Source of the DNA: Candidatus Binataceae bacterium
Lineage (GTDB): Bacteria > Desulfobacterota > Binatia > Binatales > Binataceae
NCBI GenBank assembly: GCA_049795175.1
Contig: JBARDN010000330.1
Coordinates: 1-60,086, forward strand
Length of the DNA: 60,086 bases
Direction of reading: 5' to 3'
In this document: one piece after another, positions 46,095 through 53,952 of the stretch
How positions within the stretch are numbered: position 1 is the stretch's first letter
Layout: every line of letters starts with the position of its first letter
Made by a program: the position numbers and the translations under genes
The notes under the pieces: generated by a model
Seen by the model: only the letters and a program-made list of their open reading frames with translations
Told to the model about the DNA's origin: nothing
Databases searched by the model: none

Positions 46095-47110
46095 CGGCGA
46101 CCGGCGCATCGCCGCGGCCCGTGCCTCCAGTCGCGAAAGCGGGCGCGCCGCTGTGGCGCAAAGCGATTCCATACGCCGGCACTATTATCATTTTCGTCCT
46201 GATCTTCTGGCGGATCTCGGCGTCAAAGGTGGCGGCTGATTTGCGCCAAGTCCCGATCGCGAAGTTCGTCGCGATTTTTCTGCCCTACTCGATCTTCTAC
46301 TGCATCATCGATTCCTACTGCCTCGCCTGGGTAGTGCGCCGCTTCAACGCGCCGATGCGCTGGCGCGACATCCTGCCAATTCGCGCGAGCATGTACGTGC
46401 TCGCGATGCTGAACACGGGGCTGGCGCAGGGCGGAGTCGCGTATTACCTGCATCGCAAGGGCGGCTTCTCTTTTCTTTCCGCGCTCAGCTCGATCTTGTT
46501 CATCGCGATGCTCGAGATCTACCAGCTCTTCCTGTTCTCGACGGTCGGAGTGCTGTTTTATACGCCGGTTGGAGCAACCCAGGCGCGGATTATCGGAATC
46601 CTGCGTATCGTTTATCTGCTCGCGTGGATGCTGCTGTTCGGGGTCATGATTTTTTTCGCGATCGTGCGCCGCCGCCCGCGTATCCGCGATTGGGTCGAGC
46701 ATGGACGCGCAGGCGCGATCGCCCAGACGTTTATCGCGGCGCGTCCGCGCGATTACGCCGCGGTGATCGCGATCAAGGCGCCGACGTTCATCGCGTCGGC
46801 CTTTGCGCACTTCTTCGCACTATCGACCTATGGCGTATCGATTCCGGTTCTGCGGCTGATTCTTTTTCTGCCGCTGGTGTTCCTGGCGGGCGCGCTGCCG
46901 ATCTCGATCGCGCATCTCGGAACCAGCCAGGCGGCGTGGCTGCTGTTCTTCGCGGGCAGTGCATCGCCGGCGAAGCTGGTCGCATACAGCCTCGTGGCTC
47001 AGTTCACCTACATGTTTTGTAACGCGGTGATCGGATTGTTCTTTGTGCCGCGCGCGTCACGAGAACTGACCGCGATTCGCCAGAGCGATCCCGAAGCGGA
47101 GCCGGCCTAA
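46091..47110 (+). CDS. Polytopic membrane protein, LPG-synthase-TM/flippase-like (UPF0104-type) candidate
   Basis: 339 aa with about 8 hydrophobic segments. The N-terminus (...WRKAIPYAGTIIIFVLIFWRISASKVAADL) resembles the lysylphosphatidylglycerol-synthase TM-domain family. ATGA overlap with the hotdog gene. Confidence 0.4.
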   Translation: MTATGASPRPVPPVAKAGAPLWRKAIPYAGTIIIFVLIFWRISASKVAADLRQVPIAKFVAIFLPYSIFYCIIDSYCLAWVVRRFNAPMRWRDILPIRASMYVLAMLNTGLAQGGVAYYLHRKGGFSFLSALSSILFIAMLEIYQLFLFSTVGVLFYTPVGATQARIIGILRIVYLLAWMLLFGVMIFFAIVRRRPRIRDWVEHGRAGAIAQTFIAARPRDYAAVIAIKAPTFIASAFAHFFALSTYGVSIPVLRLILFLPLVFLAGALPISIAHLGTSQAAWLLFFAGSASPAKLVAYSLVAQFTYMFCNAVIGLFFVPRASRELTAIRQSDPEAEPA

Positions 47111-47161
47111 CGGATACACAAAAGAACCCCTGCGCGAATTCGCGCATTCTCAAGCGACGTT

Positions 47162-47195
47162 CCGCAGGGAACAAAGTCCCGCAGGGAACAAAGTC
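47162..47195 (+). repeat. Perfect 17-bp tandem direct repeat (x2)
   Basis: CCGCAGGGAACAAAGTC CCGCAGGGAACAAAGTC, read directly from the sequence, in the gap between two convergent genes. Confidence 0.9.
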
Positions 47196-47217
47196 GAACC
47201 TCAAAACGGTTCGCTCG

Positions 47218-47475
47218 TTATTCCACCGTGACTTCGTCGGGGAACAGAAACGTGGTGGCTCCGTCGTCGAACTGCACAAGGTACATGTGCCGGTCCAGAT
47301 TGTTTACCTCGCGCAGGATAATTGGTCTCTCACCGAAACGATTGCGACCTTCATGGTCGCGAACTGGTCTCAGTAATCGGCAATTTCGCCCCGCCACCGC
47401 CTCGATACTTGTGCTGGCCATCATTGTCTTATCCTCTTTGCGCCAGTCCGGTCGTAAGTTTTCCTCATCCACCAA
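47218..47475 (-). CDS. Small hypothetical protein, possibly DUF1918-like SH3-fold
   Basis: C-terminus HMYLVQFDDGATTFLFPDEVTVE resembles the Y.V.W.DG....FP..DA.V ending I recall for DUF1918. Embedded in a visibly lower-GC region. The start is uncertain (MMAST... is possible). Confidence 0.35.
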   Translation of the reverse strand: MVDEENLRPDWRKEDKTMMASTSIEAVAGRNCRLLRPVRDHEGRNRFGERPIILREVNNLDRHMYLVQFDDGATTFLFPDEVTVE

Positions 47476-47736
47476 TTCCTATTCTAGCAAGCTTCGGGCC
47501 TAATATTTAGACGCTTCTAAGTGCCGTCCAATTCGTTTTCCCCAGCTTGTGGAAATCTTTATATTCCCAGTGATGCTTCGGGTTTCGCGAATTCAAACGA
47601 TGATTGCGAAGGTAGAAAGTGTAGCAGGCTTGCTTTGATCGCTCTTTCGGGGCAGGTCTTTAACCGAATGCGTCGCCCCATCGCATCTTGCGAAGACCGG
47701 CAAATGCACAAAATGTCCATATACGGATGAGGTTTC

Positions 47737-49509
47737 ATGATGCCTACGTTGTATCCGCTCGTGATGGGCCGTCAGGCCGTTGTTGCAACGCAGCACTATC
47801 TGTCGGCCTCGGCAGGGGCGCAAATCTTTTCCCACGGCGGAAATGCTATCGACGCTGCAGTCGCCGCGACGTTCGTCGAGGGCGTTGTCAATCCGCATAT
47901 GCACACGATTGGCGGTGAAGCGCCGATGCTCATCTATTCGGCAGACGCCCGACGCGTAGTCGCAATCAACGGCAACATGATGGCGCCGGCGCGCGCGACG
48001 ATCGCCAAATTCCGCGCGCTCGGAAAGGACCTCATTCCTCCGTCCGGACTGCTCGCCGCCGGCGTGCCCGCCGCGCTGGGCGCGCTCGTCACCGCGCTGT
48101 CAGAGTTCGGAACGATGCCGCTGGCGCAGGTTCTGGAACCGGCGCTCGAGCTGGCCGAAGACGGGTTTCCGATGCACGTCGGATTGTGCGGCGAGCCGAG
48201 CGATTCGGGCGAGGAATTTCAGGCTGGCGCAGGTGCTTCGCTGCGGGCCAACGCCGAGAAATTTCGCACGCGATGGCCGTCGTCGGCGCGAGTCTATCTG
48301 CCGGGCGGCGAAGTTCCCAAGCCGGGCGCGATTATCAAGAATCCCGCGCTCGCAGGATTTTACCGCCGCCTGCTCGATTCCGAATCCTCCGCAAAGCAGC
48401 AGGGCCGCAAGCCCGCACTGGAAGCGGCGCGCGAGCGCTTCTACCGCGGCGATATTGCACGCGACATAGCGGCGTGGTCGGACGAGCAGGGCGGATTGCT
48501 CGCCGCGTCCGATCTTGCGAGTTTCACCACTCGCATCGAGCAGCCGCCAAGCGTCGACTACCGCGGGGTCAGCGTTTTCAAATGCGGTCCGTGGTCGCAA
48601 GGCCCCGTGTTCCTGCAGCAGCTCCGGGTCCTGGAAGGTTTCGATCTGCGCGCGATGCGCCATAACTCGGCCGAGTACATCCACACCGTGATCGAATCCG
48701 CCAAGCTCGCGTTTGCCGATCGCGAGGCCTACTACGCCGACCCCGAATTCACCCGCGTGCCGATGGACGGGTTGCTCGCGCCGCGTTACGCGGAGCTGCG
48801 CCGCGGACTTATCGATCCGCGCCGTGCGTCGATGGAGCAGCGTCCCGGCGATCCGATCGCGATGCAGGCGTTGCGCGCGGGAGGCGCCGCGCCCTCGCGT
48901 CCATGGGGTCAGGGAACGGTTCATGTAACCGCCTGCGACCGCAAGGGAAACATGATCGCGGTGACCGCGAGCGGCGGATGGATTCCCAGCTCGCCCGTGA
49001 TCGACGCGCTCGGGTTCCCGCTCGGAAGCCGGATGCAGACCTTTTATCTCGACGAGAGTCATCCCAACGCGCTGGTGCCGGGCAAGCGTCCGCGCACTAC
49101 GTTGTCGCCTTCCCTCGCAATGCGCGCGGGCGAACCCTACATGGCCTTCGGCACACCCGGCGGAGATCAGCAGGATCAGTGGAGCTTCCAGTTCTTTCTG
49201 AACGCGATCGATTTCGGAATGGATCTGCAAGCGGCGATCGAGGCGCCAAAATTCTCGACTCCGCACTTCCCGTCCACCTTCTATCCGCATAACACGATGC
49301 CCGGTGTCCTGCGCCTCGAGGATCGAATCGAGCCGCGCGTGCGCGCCGAGCTCGCGGAGCGCGGCCACCAGATCGAAGTGCGGCCGCCGTGGTCAGAGGG
49401 CCACGTGCTGGCGGTCTCGGTCGATCGCGCATCGGGAGTGGTGCGCGGAGGATGCGACCCGCGCGGACAAGCGCAGCCCGTGATGCCCGCGCAGGTTATC
49501 GGATGGTGA
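47737..49509 (+). CDS. ggt: Gamma-glutamyltransferase
   Basis: AVVATQHYLSASAGAQIF..GGNAIDAAVA, and the autoprocessing site region GQGTVHVTACDRKGNMIAVTASGG (Thr nucleophile). Confidence 0.9.
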   Translation: MMPTLYPLVMGRQAVVATQHYLSASAGAQIFSHGGNAIDAAVAATFVEGVVNPHMHTIGGEAPMLIYSADARRVVAINGNMMAPARATIAKFRALGKDLIPPSGLLAAGVPAALGALVTALSEFGTMPLAQVLEPALELAEDGFPMHVGLCGEPSDSGEEFQAGAGASLRANAEKFRTRWPSSARVYLPGGEVPKPGAIIKNPALAGFYRRLLDSESSAKQQGRKPALEAARERFYRGDIARDIAAWSDEQGGLLAASDLASFTTRIEQPPSVDYRGVSVFKCGPWSQGPVFLQQLRVLEGFDLRAMRHNSAEYIHTVIESAKLAFADREAYYADPEFTRVPMDGLLAPRYAELRRGLIDPRRASMEQRPGDPIAMQALRAGGAAPSRPWGQGTVHVTACDRKGNMIAVTASGGWIPSSPVIDALGFPLGSRMQTFYLDESHPNALVPGKRPRTTLSPSLAMRAGEPYMAFGTPGGDQQDQWSFQFFLNAIDFGMDLQAAIEAPKFSTPHFPSTFYPHNTMPGVLRLEDRIEPRVRAELAERGHQIEVRPPWSEGHVLAVSVDRASGVVRGGCDPRGQAQPVMPAQVIGW

Positions 49510-50243
49510 CGGCGAGCGCCGGGTTGATGATAAATCCCGCGAAGATTATCGACCTGACCTACACCTTCGACAGCGCGACCATCTATTGGCCCGGCGAAGG
49601 GCACTTCGAGCACCAGTTCGAAAGTCACAACGAGCCGCCCGAAAATTCTTTCTACTCGGCGGCAAGTTACGCCGCGCCCGAACATCTGGGCACCCACGCC
49701 GACGCGCCGATTCATTATATTCGGGGCGGCCTGACGCTGGACCAGGTTCCACTTGCGAGCTGCGTCGGCCCGGCTGCGGTGGTCGATTTTTCCGATCGCG
49801 CGGCGAAGGATCGCAACGCGACTTTGAGCGTCGATGACCTCGAGCGCTATGAGAGTGCCCATGGCCGTATCCCCGACGGCGCGCTCGTGGTGGCGCATTC
49901 CGGCTGGGGCAAGTTTTGGCCCGGCCAGAAAGCCTACATGGGCACCGACCGGGCGGGCGATGTGGCCGGACTGCGTTTTCCAGGCTTCTCGTTGGGAGCA
50001 GCCAACTGGATGCTTAAAAAGCGCAATGTCGCCGCGATTGCGATCGATACCGCCAGCATGGATCCCGGCATCTCGACGGACTTTCCGGTTCATCGCGCGT
50101 GGCTCGGAGCCGGCAAGCCCGGTTTCGAGAACCTTGCCAACGTGGATAAAATGCCGCCTAAAGGCGCGACAATTTTCTGTATCCCAATGAAGATCGGCAA
50201 GGGGACCGGAGGGCCGACGCGATGCTTCGCCATCCTTCCTTGA
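49503..50243 (+). CDS. Cyclase-family protein (kynurenine-formamidase-like)
   Basis: Inside track ORF 49389..50243. IDLTYTF, GTHADAPIHY (HxGTHxDxPxH metal motif). The start may be 49503 or 49527. Confidence 0.75.
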   Translation: MVTASAGLMINPAKIIDLTYTFDSATIYWPGEGHFEHQFESHNEPPENSFYSAASYAAPEHLGTHADAPIHYIRGGLTLDQVPLASCVGPAAVVDFSDRAAKDRNATLSVDDLERYESAHGRIPDGALVVAHSGWGKFWPGQKAYMGTDRAGDVAGLRFPGFSLGAANWMLKKRNVAAIAIDTASMDPGISTDFPVHRAWLGAGKPGFENLANVDKMPPKGATIFCIPMKIGKGTGGPTRCFAILP

Positions 50244-50257
50244 TTGGTCGGATGGAT

Positions 50258-50288
50258 GCATGATTCCAATCATGCTTAATTATTGTTT
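50258..50288 (+). terminator. Possible terminator after the cyclase gene
   Basis: GCATGATT-CC-AATCATGC (effective stem about 6 bp) followed by TTAATTATTGTTT. Confidence 0.4.
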
Positions 50289-50421
50289 AGAAATGCTCTC
50301 GGCTTGCTTGATCGCGGTTCGATAAGATACGAGACTCCGGGTTCTGCCAATATCCGGGGTTTATAGTCCGAGCTGGAATGATACGGCGTCGCAACTACCC
50401 GGCTGATGATGGAGGAGGGCC

Positions 50422-50775
50422 GTGCTGCAATTCGCAACTAAAACGATAACCGTGGTTCTGGTGGCTATTGCTCTGGGCGTGATGACCGGATGCAGTGGCC
50501 AGCCGCTCTCGACTCGTGAAAAAGGCACCCTGATTGGCGGCGGTCTGGGCGCGGCGACTGGCGCGATTATTGGCGCCGCAGTCGGAGCCCCCGGCGCGGG
50601 TGCGGCAATCGGCGGCGCGCTCGGTGGCGTGACCGGGTTTGCAGTCGGAAACTCGATGCAGAACAACGAGAACGCAAACGCCCAGACGCAGACCCAGATT
50701 CAGTCGCAACAGCAACAGCTCGAACAGCAGCGCCAGCAGATTCAACAACTCAAGCAACAGAATGAAACGGAATAG
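50422..50775 (+). CDS. Glycine-zipper lipoprotein with a Gln-rich coiled-coil tail, copy 1
   Basis: GTG start; VVLVAIALGVMTGC lipobox; GGGLGAATGAIIGAAVGAPGAGAAIGGALGGVTGFAVG (GxxxG zipper); QTQTQIQSQQQQLEQQRQQIQQLKQQNETE. Confidence 0.7.
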   Translation: MLQFATKTITVVLVAIALGVMTGCSGQPLSTREKGTLIGGGLGAATGAIIGAAVGAPGAGAAIGGALGGVTGFAVGNSMQNNENANAQTQTQIQSQQQQLEQQRQQIQQLKQQNETE

Positions 50776-50805
50776 CTCCCGGCCGAGTCTAATCAGTTAG
50801 GGAGA

Positions 50806-51156
50806 ATGATCATGCGCAAAACAGCAATTGTAGCCGCGATATTAGCTGTTCTATTCCTGATAGCGGGATGCGCCGGCAGCCAGCCGCTCTCGACTCGTGA
50901 AGAAGGCACTCTCGGAGGTGCGGGAATCGGCGCCGTCGGCGGCGCGCTGGTGGGCGCCGCAGTCGGCCATCCTGCGGCGGGCGCACTGATTGGCGGCGGA
51001 CTCGGCGGAGTGACCGGCTACGCGGTCGGCAACTCGATGCAGAATCAGCAGAACGCCAACGCTCAGACCCAAACGCAAATTCAATCTCAGCAGCAGGAGA
51101 TCGAGCAGCAGCGCGAACAGCTCCAGCAGTTGAAACAATCACAGGAAACCGAATAA
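50806..51156 (+). CDS. Glycine-zipper lipoprotein with a Gln-rich coiled-coil tail, copy 2
   Basis: GGAG lies before ATG 50806. Lipobox LIAGC, with the same Gly-zipper and Q-rich tail as copy 1. Confidence 0.75.
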   Translation: MIMRKTAIVAAILAVLFLIAGCAGSQPLSTREEGTLGGAGIGAVGGALVGAAVGHPAAGALIGGGLGGVTGYAVGNSMQNQQNANAQTQTQIQSQQQEIEQQREQLQQLKQSQETE

Positions 51157-51193
51157 CCCGGCCTACGTAGTAAAGGTAGGCAAGGAGGCCATC

Positions 51194-51544
51194 ATGCGGA
51201 CGCGCTCGGGCCTTATCGCTACAATCACGCTCGCAGCGGCGCTATTCGTTGCAGGATGCGCCGGGAGCCAGCCGCTCTCGACTCGTGAAGAAGGCACTCT
51301 CGGAGGCGCGGGAATCGGCGCCGTCGGCGGTGCGCTGGTGGGCGCCGCAGTCGGGCATCCTGCCGCAGGCGCCTTGATCGGTGGCGGACTTGGCGGAGTC
51401 GGCGGATACGCCGTCGGCAACTCGATGCAGAACAACGAGAACGCCAATGCTCAGACCAATCAGCAAATGCAACAGCAGCAGCAGGAAATCGAACAGCAGC
51501 GCCAGCAGTTGCAGCAGCTTCAACAGCAGAACGAGACCGAATAG
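51194..51544 (+). CDS. Glycine-zipper lipoprotein with a Gln-rich coiled-coil tail, copy 3
   Basis: AAGGAGG lies before ATG 51194. Lipobox FVAGC. The central DNA is nearly identical to copy 2. Confidence 0.75.
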   Translation: MRTRSGLIATITLAAALFVAGCAGSQPLSTREEGTLGGAGIGAVGGALVGAAVGHPAAGALIGGGLGGVGGYAVGNSMQNNENANAQTNQQMQQQQQEIEQQRQQLQQLQQQNETE

Positions 51545-51574
51545 ATCGTTTCCGGCAACATCGAAATTCATGTG

Positions 51575-51608
51575 GAAGACGCCGCGCATGCGGCGTCTTC
51601 TTTTTTTT
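51575..51608 (+). terminator. Strong rho-independent terminator after the lipoprotein triplet
   Basis: GAAGACGCCGC-GCAT-GCGGCGTCTTC, an 11-bp stem followed by T8. Confidence 0.9.
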
Positions 51609-51616
51609 GCGCCGAC

Positions 51617-52438
51617 TCACCCCGGCTTGCACAGCTTGCACGCGCGCAGGCCTGCGTCGCGAGCGTGCCGCGCGTCGGCGAAGATCAATGACCGCCGAGG
51701 GTCGGCGCGTTTCGCCGCGCTGCAATCCGGCCGGCAGTAGATGTGCGTATGACGATGCCCCATCACCGCCGACGCCGGCATCCGCAGGCTCGAGGGTATC
51801 CGCAGGGCCGAGCCGAGCGCGAATCCTTCGTTGCGCAGCAGCGTGATCTTGTTCTTTACGCCGCCGCCGTAGTTGCCGATGGTCCCGTCGGAGCGAATCA
51901 CGCGATGGCATGGAATGAAGATCGGAATCGGATTCGACGCCATCGTGTTGCCGATTGCGCGCTGCGCCGCCGGCTCTCCGACCGCGGTGGCCAAACCCTG
52001 GTAGGTGATGACCGAGCCGATCGGAACTTCCCTAAGCCGCATGAGCGCGCGGCGCTGAAACTCGCTTTCAACCATCGCCAGATCGACCTTGTGCCCGAGC
52101 ACCGTGAAGTCGCCGGCGAAGTATCGCGCGAGTTCGCGGTTGATATCGGCGCGCCAGGTTTCATTCTCGAGCAGATCGAATTTTCGCCGCAGCTTTGCGA
52201 GCGGACGATCGGCGTCGCTGGAAGCCATAAAATGAATCGTCGCAAAGCCGCGCGGACCTTCGGCCACCAGGAGCTGTCCGACCGGCGACGCAAGGATTCC
52301 GATCCGCGCCTCGGGACGCCGCAGAATTTTCATCGCGCGGCGGATTCCCGGCTGCGCGGCGCGCACCAGCGCCTCGACGGCGCGGTCGTCAAACTCTTTC
52401 GATGCTTCCACCTGCTTGGTTGGATTACTCGTCTTCAT
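51617..52438 (-). CDS. Methylated-DNA--protein-cysteine methyltransferase (Ogt/MGMT) fused to a C-terminal Ada-type Zn(Cys)4 domain
   Basis: Track ORF 51617..52501. ATG 52438 overlaps the sigma-factor stop (ATGA). MGMT active site: NPIPIFIPCHRVIRSDGTIGNYGGG. C-terminal HIYCRPDCSAAKRADPRRSLIFADARHARDAGLRACKLCKPG shows the Ada N-domain CxxxC...CxxC pattern. Confidence 0.8.
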   Translation of the reverse strand: MKTSNPTKQVEASKEFDDRAVEALVRAAQPGIRRAMKILRRPEARIGILASPVGQLLVAEGPRGFATIHFMASSDADRPLAKLRRKFDLLENETWRADINRELARYFAGDFTVLGHKVDLAMVESEFQRRALMRLREVPIGSVITYQGLATAVGEPAAQRAIGNTMASNPIPIFIPCHRVIRSDGTIGNYGGGVKNKITLLRNEGFALGSALRIPSSLRMPASAVMGHRHTHIYCRPDCSAAKRADPRRSLIFADARHARDAGLRACKLCKPG

Positions 52439-52971
52439 TGCGATGCCTTCAACTTTTTGAGCGCTTGGTACACGCTGGCCCGCGCGCTCTCTTGGGAACA
52501 TTTAAGCTCGGTCGCGATTTCCGCGTATTCCAGGCCGCCGAACTTGCGCATCATCAGCGCCTTGCCCTGCTTACCCGGAAGCGCGGCGAGCGCGCGTCTT
52601 AGGCCGATCACGCCGTCGGGAGAACTCTGCGCGTGCGGGAAGAACCGTTCGGCCTCGGTGTCCGCGTCGCGGCCGTCGTTTACTATCACGCGCGCCCTGC
52701 GCATCCGATCGCGCGCGCGATTGCGGCACAGATTGGCCGCGATACTGAACACCCACGGCCGCAGTCCGCTCGGCGAGCGCAGTGTTGGGTACGCGCGGTA
52801 GGCGCGCAGCCAGGTTTCCTGAAACAGGTCCAGGCTGTCCTCGCGGTCACGCGTGCTGCGCGCGATGAAGCGCATGATTTCGCTCTGGAGCGATTTCATC
52901 GCCTCCTCGAACGGCGGCGGAAGGGAAAGCTTTTCCAGCGTGGGCATCTCAGTATCTATAACCCCGCGCAC
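52435..52971 (-). CDS. ECF-type RNA polymerase sigma-70 family factor
   Basis: Region 2: DLFQETWLRAYRAY, WVFSIAANLCRNRARDR. Region 4.2: LEYAEIATELKCSQESARASVYQALKKLK. The likely true start is ATG 52947 (MPTLEKL); the track start at 52971 is GTG. Confidence 0.85.
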   Translation of the reverse strand: MRGVIDTEMPTLEKLSLPPPFEEAMKSLQSEIMRFIARSTRDREDSLDLFQETWLRAYRAYPTLRSPSGLRPWVFSIAANLCRNRARDRMRRARVIVNDGRDADTEAERFFPHAQSSPDGVIGLRRALAALPGKQGKALMMRKFGGLEYAEIATELKCSQESARASVYQALKKLKASQ

Positions 52972-53003
52972 GAGGTTCCGTGAATCGGCGCGATTGGGCG
53001 TTT

Positions 53004-53034
53004 CGGACGAATGCGGTGCGGCGATAATGTTCCC
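53004..53034 (-). promoter_or_regulatory. Candidate ECF-type autoregulatory promoter (weak call)
   Basis: Minus strand reads GGGAAC-attatcgccgcaccgcat-TCGTCC about 35-65 nt upstream of the sigma ORF. It resembles the GGAAC...CGT(C) ECF consensus, but by my count the spacer is 1-2 nt longer than typical. Confidence 0.25.
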
Positions 53035-53058
53035 GAATCGTCAGCGAACGTCACGGTC

Positions 53059-53087
53059 GTCATTTCTCGCCTATGGCTCGAAATGAC
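53059..53087. repeat. Palindromic REP-like element (family B)
   Basis: GTCATTTCTCGCCTATGGCTCGAAATGAC. Its reverse complement, GTCATTTCGAGCCATAGGCGAGAAATGAC, matches the copies at 55677..55704 and 55754..55781. Confidence 0.6.
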
Positions 53088-53142
53088 GAATGAGGTCTCT
53101 GTACCCGCTATCAGGACTTCCAGATATCCCTAGCCCAGCGTC

Positions 53143-53937
53143 TCAGAATGGAGTCGGGCTCGGTAACCGGAACAGGCGCGATGCGTTGGTCGTGGTCAGG
53201 GTGGCGAGAGCTTCGGTATCGGCGCCGCGCAACGACGCCAGCACTTCGAGCGTGCGGCGGACAAAGGCGGGCTCGTTGCGCTTGCCTCGATACGGCTCGG
53301 GCGCGAGATAGGGCGCGTCGGTCTCGACCATCACGCGATCGTCCGGGACGATCCGCGCGGCCTCGCGCACCGCGGCGGCATTCTTGAACGTCACGATTCC
53401 GGAGAACGAAATATGAAATCCAAGCTCGAGGAATCGCGCGGCCGCATCGGCGTTGCCGGTGAAGCAATGAATCACGCCGCCGGCCCGCGGGATCGCGGTT
53501 TCGCGCACAATCGCGGCGAGTCGGTCCTCGGCGTCGCGGCAATGGATGACGATTGGTTTTCCAAGCTCGGCGGCTAGTTCCAGATGTCGGCGCAGCGCCG
53601 CTTCCTGCGCCTCGGCGGGCGAGTGCAGGTAATGAAAGTCGAGCCCGCTCTCGCCGATCGCGACCACGCGCGGCGAGTGCGCAAGCTCGCGTAGCTCCGC
53701 GATTCGCGCGGGCGTGCAGTCCTTGGCATCGTGCGGATGCACTCCAATCGCGGCGAAAATATGTTGGTGACGCTCCGCGATCTCGACCGTGCGCCGATCG
53801 CATTCGATCGATCCGATCGCGCCGACTGAAACGATCCGCGCGATTCCTGCGATGCGCGCGCGTTCGAGCACGGCCTCCAGATCCACGTCGAGCTTGGGGT
53901 CCGCCAGATGGCAGTGCGTGTCGATGATCGGCGTCAT
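53143..53937 (-). CDS. tatD: TatD-family metal-dependent hydrolase/DNase
   Basis: IIDTHCHLADPKL, GESGLDFHY, VIHCRDAE, TDAPYL. Confidence 0.9.
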   Translation of the reverse strand: MTPIIDTHCHLADPKLDVDLEAVLERARIAGIARIVSVGAIGSIECDRRTVEIAERHQHIFAAIGVHPHDAKDCTPARIAELRELAHSPRVVAIGESGLDFHYLHSPAEAQEAALRRHLELAAELGKPIVIHCRDAEDRLAAIVRETAIPRAGGVIHCFTGNADAAARFLELGFHISFSGIVTFKNAAAVREAARIVPDDRVMVETDAPYLAPEPYRGKRNEPAFVRRTLEVLASLRGADTEALATLTTTNASRLFRLPSPTPF

Positions 53938-53952
53938 CTGCGGAGCACCGCG

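Noticed and set aside
48100-49368. 422-aa ORF antisense to ggt
   Set aside because: It is a shadow of a clear gamma-glutamyltransferase gene.
50244-50421. Sigma-54 or ECF promoter in the AT-rich leader of the lipoprotein triplet (TGGAATGATACGGCGTCGCA)
   Set aside because: The GG-N10-GC spacing of sigma-54 promoters is not satisfied, and there is no GGAAC...CGT arrangement with a plausible spacer.
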